Shown: in pieces, positions 54,989 to 64,000 of the stretch | Numbering within the stretch: position 1 is the first letter of the stretch | Layout of the letters: each line of letters starts with the position of its first letter | Assembly (NCBI RefSeq): GCF_046119375.1 | Contig: NW_027362764.1 | Location: forward strand, 293,074,001 to 293,138,000 | Direction of reading: 5' to 3' | Length of the DNA: 64,000 bases | Source of the DNA: Phyllobates terribilis | Lineage: Eukaryota | Notes under the pieces: generated by a model | Database searches by the model: none | Told to the model about the DNA's origin: nothing | What the model saw: only the letters and a program-made list of their open reading frames with translations | Made by a program: the position numbers and the translations under genes

Positions 54989-56019
54989 TAGGTTATAGCT
55001 TTGTTAGCAAGAAATATCAAAAAGCTGCCAACAAATATTTCACGTATGTGGAGATCATAATGTAAGCATTTTAGGAATGCTGTCCATTTATGACTTTCTT
55101 ATAAACATAAAGATCTTTATCTCAAAGCTAGGGGTTTCCAGGCTTCACAGAAAATATATGCTGCTACATATACTTGCCCAAATATTCTTAAAGGGGTTTT
55201 ATACTTTTAGGCCCTTATTCATCAAAGCAGTTTCACCAGAATTCTCGTCAGCCACTCCTGATTCATGAAGAAGCGTGTGTCTGACTCCACCACGCCCCCT
55301 CATCAAGGCCAACGTTTTTTTGATGAATCAGGTCCTTAGACCTAGGGGTGGATTAAGAGTAGCCAGGGCCCCTGGCAGTTTAGAAGGCGTGGCCCCTCCC
55401 CGCTGACAGAAATAGCGGTGAGCGTATCGCGGCGCCCACATTTTTCCCTTATGTACAGAACTATATATAACATAGCGCCATACATAATATTATTTGTATC
55501 ACTTAATATTGAGCAGAATTAATATATTGACATACCCTATATACAGTACGAGCCCCCACATAGCCCCCTCAATCAACAACCAAAACAATCAGCCTACACG
55601 TAAACCATTTAAAAAAAAACTAAAAAAAATTCTCTTTATTTGAAAAACTCAATTCATAAAGGCATTAGTGATGAGCAAACGTGCTCAGATAACTTGTTAT
55701 CCCTGCACGCTCGTATCTTGTAGTGCTTGGATAATATATTCGAGTCCCTGCGGCTGCATGTTATGTTTTTGTCTGTTAGACAACCACAACACTTAACAAA
55801 CAGGCAATCCCCGCATGTGTTGCATCTGTCTAACAGCAGATACAACACTATATATATAGACCCTATAGGGCCTGAACAGTTGTGTACTTAGCTTAATGGC
55901 GTCTTCTTCTGATGCTTTTTCTCCTCCTTTGGTCATTCAGGGATCCATCAGGGAATTCCTTCAATCAGGACAAGAAAAGGAGACTATAAGCCGAACGGCA
56001 ATGAGAATAACAGCTCACA

Positions 56020-58260
56020 GGTCCAGGCAATATGCCCCCACAAAGTCTCTACATACAATATGAGCCCCGAGCACCCACACAGTCCTGTACATACAGTATG
56101 AGCCCACACATAGCACCCAATATACAGTTGTGCTCAAAAGTTTACATACCCTGGCAGAATTTTTGCTTTCTTGGCCTTGTTTCAGAGAATATGAATGATA
56201 ACAAAAACAAATTTTTCTCCACTTATGGTTATTGGTTGGGTGAAGCCATTTATTGTCAGACTACTGTGTTTTCTCTTTTTAAATCTTAATGACAACCAAA
56301 AACATCCAATTGACCCTGATCAAAAGTTCACATACCCCAGTTCTTAATACCGTGTATTGCCCCCTCTAACATAAATGATAGCTTGAAGTCTTTTGTGGTA
56401 GTTGTGGATGAGGTTCTTTATTTTCTCAGATGATTAAGCTGCCCATTCTTCTTCGCAAAAAGCCTCCAGTTCCTGTAAATTCCTGGGCTGTCTAGCATGA
56501 ACTGCGCGCTTGAGATATCCCCAGAGTGGCTCAATGATATTGAGGTCAGGAGACTGAGATGGTCACTCCAGAACCTTCATTTATTCTGCTGTAGCCAATG
56601 ACAGGTCGACTTGGCCTTGTGTTTTGGATCATTGTCATGTCCAAGTACGTCCAATGCGCAGCTTCTGGGCTGATGAGTGCAAATTTGGCTCCAGTATTTG
56701 CTGATAACGTGCTGCATTTATCTTTCTTTCAACTTTGACCAAGTTTCCTGTGCCTTTGTAGCTTACACATCCCCAAACATCAGCGATCCACCTCCGTGCT
56801 TTACCTTAGGAATGGTGTTCCTTTCATCATAGGCCTTGTTGACCTCTCTCCAAATGTAACGTTTATGGTTGTGGCCAAAAAGTTCAATTTTGGTCTCATC
56901 ACTCCAAATTACCTTGTACCAGAAGTTTTGAGGCTTGTCTCTGTGCTGTTTGGCGTATTGTAAGCGAGATACTTTGTGGCATTTGCGCAGTAATAGCTTT
57001 CTTCTGGCGACTCGACCATGCAGCCCATTTTTCTTCAAGTGCTTCCTTATTGTGCATCTTGAAACAGCCACACTGCTAGTTTTCAGAGAGTACTGAATTT
57101 CAGCTGATGTTCTTTGTGGGTGTTTCTTTGCATCCCGAACAATTTTCCTGGCAGTTGTGGCCCGAAATTTTTGTTGGTCTACCTGACCGTGGTTTGGTTT
57201 TTACAGAGCTCCTGATTTTCTATTTGTTAATCAAAGTTTGAACGCTGCTGACTGGCATTATCCTTGGATATCTTTTTGTATCCCTTTCCTGTGTTATAAA
57301 GTTCAACTACCTTTTCCCGTAGATCCGTTGACAATTCTTTTGCTTTCCCTATGACTCACAACCCAGAAACGTCAGTGGCTGTATGAAAGGTGCAAGAGTC
57401 TGTCTGGATCCCAGAAACTCACTCAGCTTTTATGCACACACACTGATTACAAGCAAACAGGTCACAGATGAGGATGTTACCTTTATAGCCATTCAAACCC
57501 ATTTGTGTCAAATTCTGTACTTGTTATCAGGCCAAAATCACCAGGGTATGTTAACTTTTGATCAGGTCATTTGGATGTATTTGGTTGTCATTAAGATTTA
57601 AAAAGAGAAAACACAGTAGTTTGACAATAAATGACTTCACCCAACCAATAACCATGAGTGGAGAAAAAGTTTTTTGTTATCCCTCATATTCTCTGAAACA
57701 AGGCCAAGAAAGGAAAAATTCTGCCGGGGTACGTAAACTTTTGAGCACAACTGTACAGTATGAGCCCCTACATAGCTATGGTAAAAACCCTCACACAGCC
57801 CCATAGATACAGTATGAGCACCCACTTAACTCCCTTTATATAGTATGAATCCACCCAAAGTCCCCTATTTACAATGACACCACACAGTCCCCCAATATAC
57901 AGTATGAGCCACCAACATAGCCCCCTACATACAACCTGAGCCCCCACACAGCCATATACATACAGTATGAGTCCTCACATAGCTCCCAATGTATAGTATG
58001 AGCCCCCACATAGCTCCTTGCAGCCCCCAAGCCCACAGGATAACATTAATATGTAGCCCCAAGGTAATATACTATGCAGCCACTAGCAGCCCCCATGGTC
58101 ACATACCCTGTGGCCCCGCCATGGACACATACCTTGCGCCCCTCCTCATGGTCACATACCCTGCAGCCCCCCCATGGTCACATACCCTGTGGCTCCCCCC
58201 ATGGTCGTATACCCTGTGGCTCCCCATGGTCACATACCCTGCTGCCCACAGGGTGACATG
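56020..58260. repeat. TACAGTATGAGCCCCCAC- and ATGGTCACATACCCTG-type minisatellites interrupted by Tc1-A'
   Basis: Degenerate units on both sides of 56125-57753; related to hAT-internal sequence near 55500-55570. Confidence 0.7.
56125..57753 (-). mobile_element. Tc1 transposon (Tc1-A'), same family as 10902-12533
   Basis: TIRs CAGTTGTGCTCAAAAGTTTAC, TA flanks; degenerate minus-strand transposase (WSDETKIELFG). Confidence 0.93.
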
Positions 58261-58622
58261 CCCAAGTCACTCTCTCACAGAACAGTATTCTAATTTACTG
58301 AGATAATGACTTTTGTGTTTTCATTGACTGTAAGCCATAATCATCAACATTAACAGAAATAAACACTTGAAATAGATCACTCTGTTTGCAATGACTCTAT
58401 ATAATATATGAGTTTCACTTTTTGGATTGAAGAACTGAAATAAATTAACTTTTTGATGATATTCTAATTTTGTGAGATGCACCTGTAACAGATTATTTTG
58501 TAAATTGATCTGAAAGTGCAGTTACACTTTGACTTCCATGTTATAAAAGCATTCCAATGAGAGGGATATTCAGGTCTAAATAAAACCGTTTCATTAAAAT
58601 GTCTCCACTCATTGTTAGTTAA

Positions 58623-59775
58623 CCCCTTCATGACCTTTCAGGTATATTTACGTCAAAGAACAAGTCCCTGCCTTTGATGAGGGCTTGCATGCCGAGCCCA
58701 CATCTTTCCCTGAACTGAACTGATTTAATCATGTGCTCCACCCTCCACTGTTAACCAGTTAAATCCCACTATCAATCACAGACATTGGAATTTAACGCGC
58801 GCCAGCAGAAAGCACGTCATACATCCCACCCATTGGATTGTGATTGCGGGACACCAATGGGTCTTCATGACAGCTAACGGTCTGCTGAAGACCCCCATGC
58901 CTGTCATTGTGATACTTCTGTGAACACCTGCTCATGGCCGGCGTTCATAGGAGATCATGATTTCGTCTTTAAGTAGGAGGGCTGAAGCACTGCTATTGTA
59001 TAGCACAGGTGATCAGACGATCGCAGCTTAAATTCTCCTAAGGGGATGATTGATGTGATTAAAAAGTGAGAAATTAAAAAATTATATATATGAAAAAAAA
59101 AACAAAAAAACACAAGTTCAAATCACCCCGTTTGCCCCATTAAAAATAAAACAAAAAAATACAAATGTTTGGTATCGCTGCATTTAGAAATGTCCGATCT
59201 GTCAAAATATAAAATAAATTAATCCAATTGGTAAACAGCGTAACAGAAAAAGAAAATCAAAACTCCAGAATTACGTTTTTTAGCCTCTGCAACGTTGCAA
59301 TAAAATGCAATAACAGGCAGTTAAAACATTGTATCTACCCCAAAATGGTATCAATAAAAACGAAAAAATAAGCCCTCACACAGACCCATATGCCAAAAAA
59401 GATGAAAATGCTACTGGTTTTGGAAAATGGTGACATGAGCAAATTTTTTTTACTTTCAAATTTCCCCCCAAAATGTTAACCACTTAAATAAAAAAAACTA
59501 TACATTTTTGGTATCTGCATACTTGTACTAACCTGGAGAATCATATTGTCAGGCCAGTTTTACCATATAGTGAACATGGTAAATTAAATACCCCAAAAAA
59601 CTTTGTGGAATTGCACTTTTTTTTGCAATTTCAGCACACTTGGAATTTTTTTCCCGCTTTCCAGTGCACTATATGGTAAAATGAATGGTGCCATTCAAAA
59701 GTGCAACTCGGCTCTTGGAATAAGGGGAGGAAAAACAAAAGCGCAAAAGCGGAAAATCACAAGGTCATGAAGGGG
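58623..59775. mobile_element. Complete non-autonomous piggyBac-like element
   Basis: Perfect 15-bp TIR CCCCTTCATGACCTT with TTAA on both sides. Confidence 0.9.
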
Positions 59776-61029
59776 TTAAGCATATTATGTGTAATGTAGT
59801 ACCAGATAATGTTGCCTGCAGTTTTCTGTAATGCCACTTGTAGACACATAATTGATTCGCTATAAATCTTGGGAGTCCAATGGATGAGACCCTTGTTTAT
59901 TTTGCTGCTGTAATATTTATTGGGATTCCAGAATCTGTTGCATGCTGCACGATTTCATACCAGTTTCTTCATTTCCTAAGAAAGCTAATGTTAGTTTATT
60001 GCAGTGGGCTCGTTTGGTCCGATCAGAATTAGCATATACTTCCATACATACTAAATTATATATATATTAGATACATTAGTTATGAAGTAGTGTATTGTCT
60101 GTAAAATATTCTTTAACTATCTAACTAATCTAATTGCTTTATAGGAAATACATGCTTGTGGGAATATGGTTTACTTGGCACATATAAGCAAGTATAAATC
60201 AAGTCAAAATCTGTTTTCTACCATATTCAAGGTTTAGTGTTATGCCTGGTAGAAATGTACTCAGAAATACCGGAGTAACCTTATTTTAGAGTCATGTAAG
60301 GTCTCTTCCTTATTCTGAGACCTCACATGCTCTCAGGTTTTTGTTTGTTCAGAAGCATGACTGTCATTCTTCTTGCAGTGACTCTCAAGATAAATTTAGT
60401 TGCTGACTTAAAACTTAATGTGCACATGAGCTTTGCCATCATGCTGTAAAATCAGATCCTTTAGTGACCACATACATGTTGCTGACATAAGATTATTCAC
60501 CAGAAGGTTGTATGTCTCTTTTCTAAAGATTATTTAGTCGGTAGCCAACCCCTTGCAGAGTAAAAGCCATGATAGTTATGGACCCTATCTAAAACCTATC
60601 CAATTAGCTTACCTAATTTGCATATGCAGATTCCTACCTTACCAACAGCTAATTTGGCAATATTACAGCAGCAAAATAAACAAGGGTTTCATCCATTAGA
60701 CTCCCAAGATTTATAGCGAATCAATTATATGTCCACAATATTATTGGTTAATATGCCCCAGTGTGTCAGTTTTGTTCTGACTGCTCCTCTTGTGCAGTTG
60801 CTAACTATTGGTGTAAAAAATAATCCACCAAATAATACCTTAAAATGCTGAACAAATATGTCTAATTGTTTAGATCAGTGAAGGTGAAACACCCAACCAT
60901 AAATTTATCATTCAGAAAAAAATAAAATTTAAAATAGTGTGGTAGAGTGGAACCATATTATTATTATTCTTATTACTATTACTATTTCACTCACTTATAT
61001 AGCACCATTAATTCCACAGCACTGTCCCC

Positions 61030-63930
<2,901 letters not shown>

Positions 63931-64000
63931 GTGTATGGCCTTTCCTATTTTTGGACCGCCACATGGCCAAATATATGCAGACATCCTTCTGATTATTGAG

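Overview
This is transposon-saturated vertebrate genomic DNA, most likely from a frog; that assignment is inferred from the repeat families (TTAA piggyBac derivatives, T2-type and Harbinger MITEs, Tc1 elements, sushi-type chromoviruses). Nearly all of it is nested mobile elements, plus two candidate host exons on the + strand (30598-30681, 53192-53299). Main contents: (1) A Penelope-like element (RT + GIY-YIG) with 994-bp inverted terminal arms, each carrying a hammerhead ribozyme, inserted with a 15-bp TSD into the 5' LTR of a Gypsy chromovirus whose 1355-aa gag-pol ORF is intact. (2) A multi-level nest at 13.1-23.0 kb: Tc1 > hAT > Ginger2-type transposon with a KRBA2/SCAND3-like DDE integrase > solo LTR, plus a ~2-kb tandem duplication. 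(3) Hammerhead-bearing relics, including ORF-less fold-back palindromes built like the Penelope copy. (4) A young sushi-like Gypsy with a PEG10-type -1 frameshift signal, next to a non-autonomous LTR element with one long, eroded gag-fusion ORF. Three of the four LTR elements show PBS/R-region complementarity typical of tRNA-independent self-priming, with one compensatory base change. (5) Several degenerate Tc1 and piggyBac copies. All coordinates, alignments and folds were read by eye; no database search or folding program was run.
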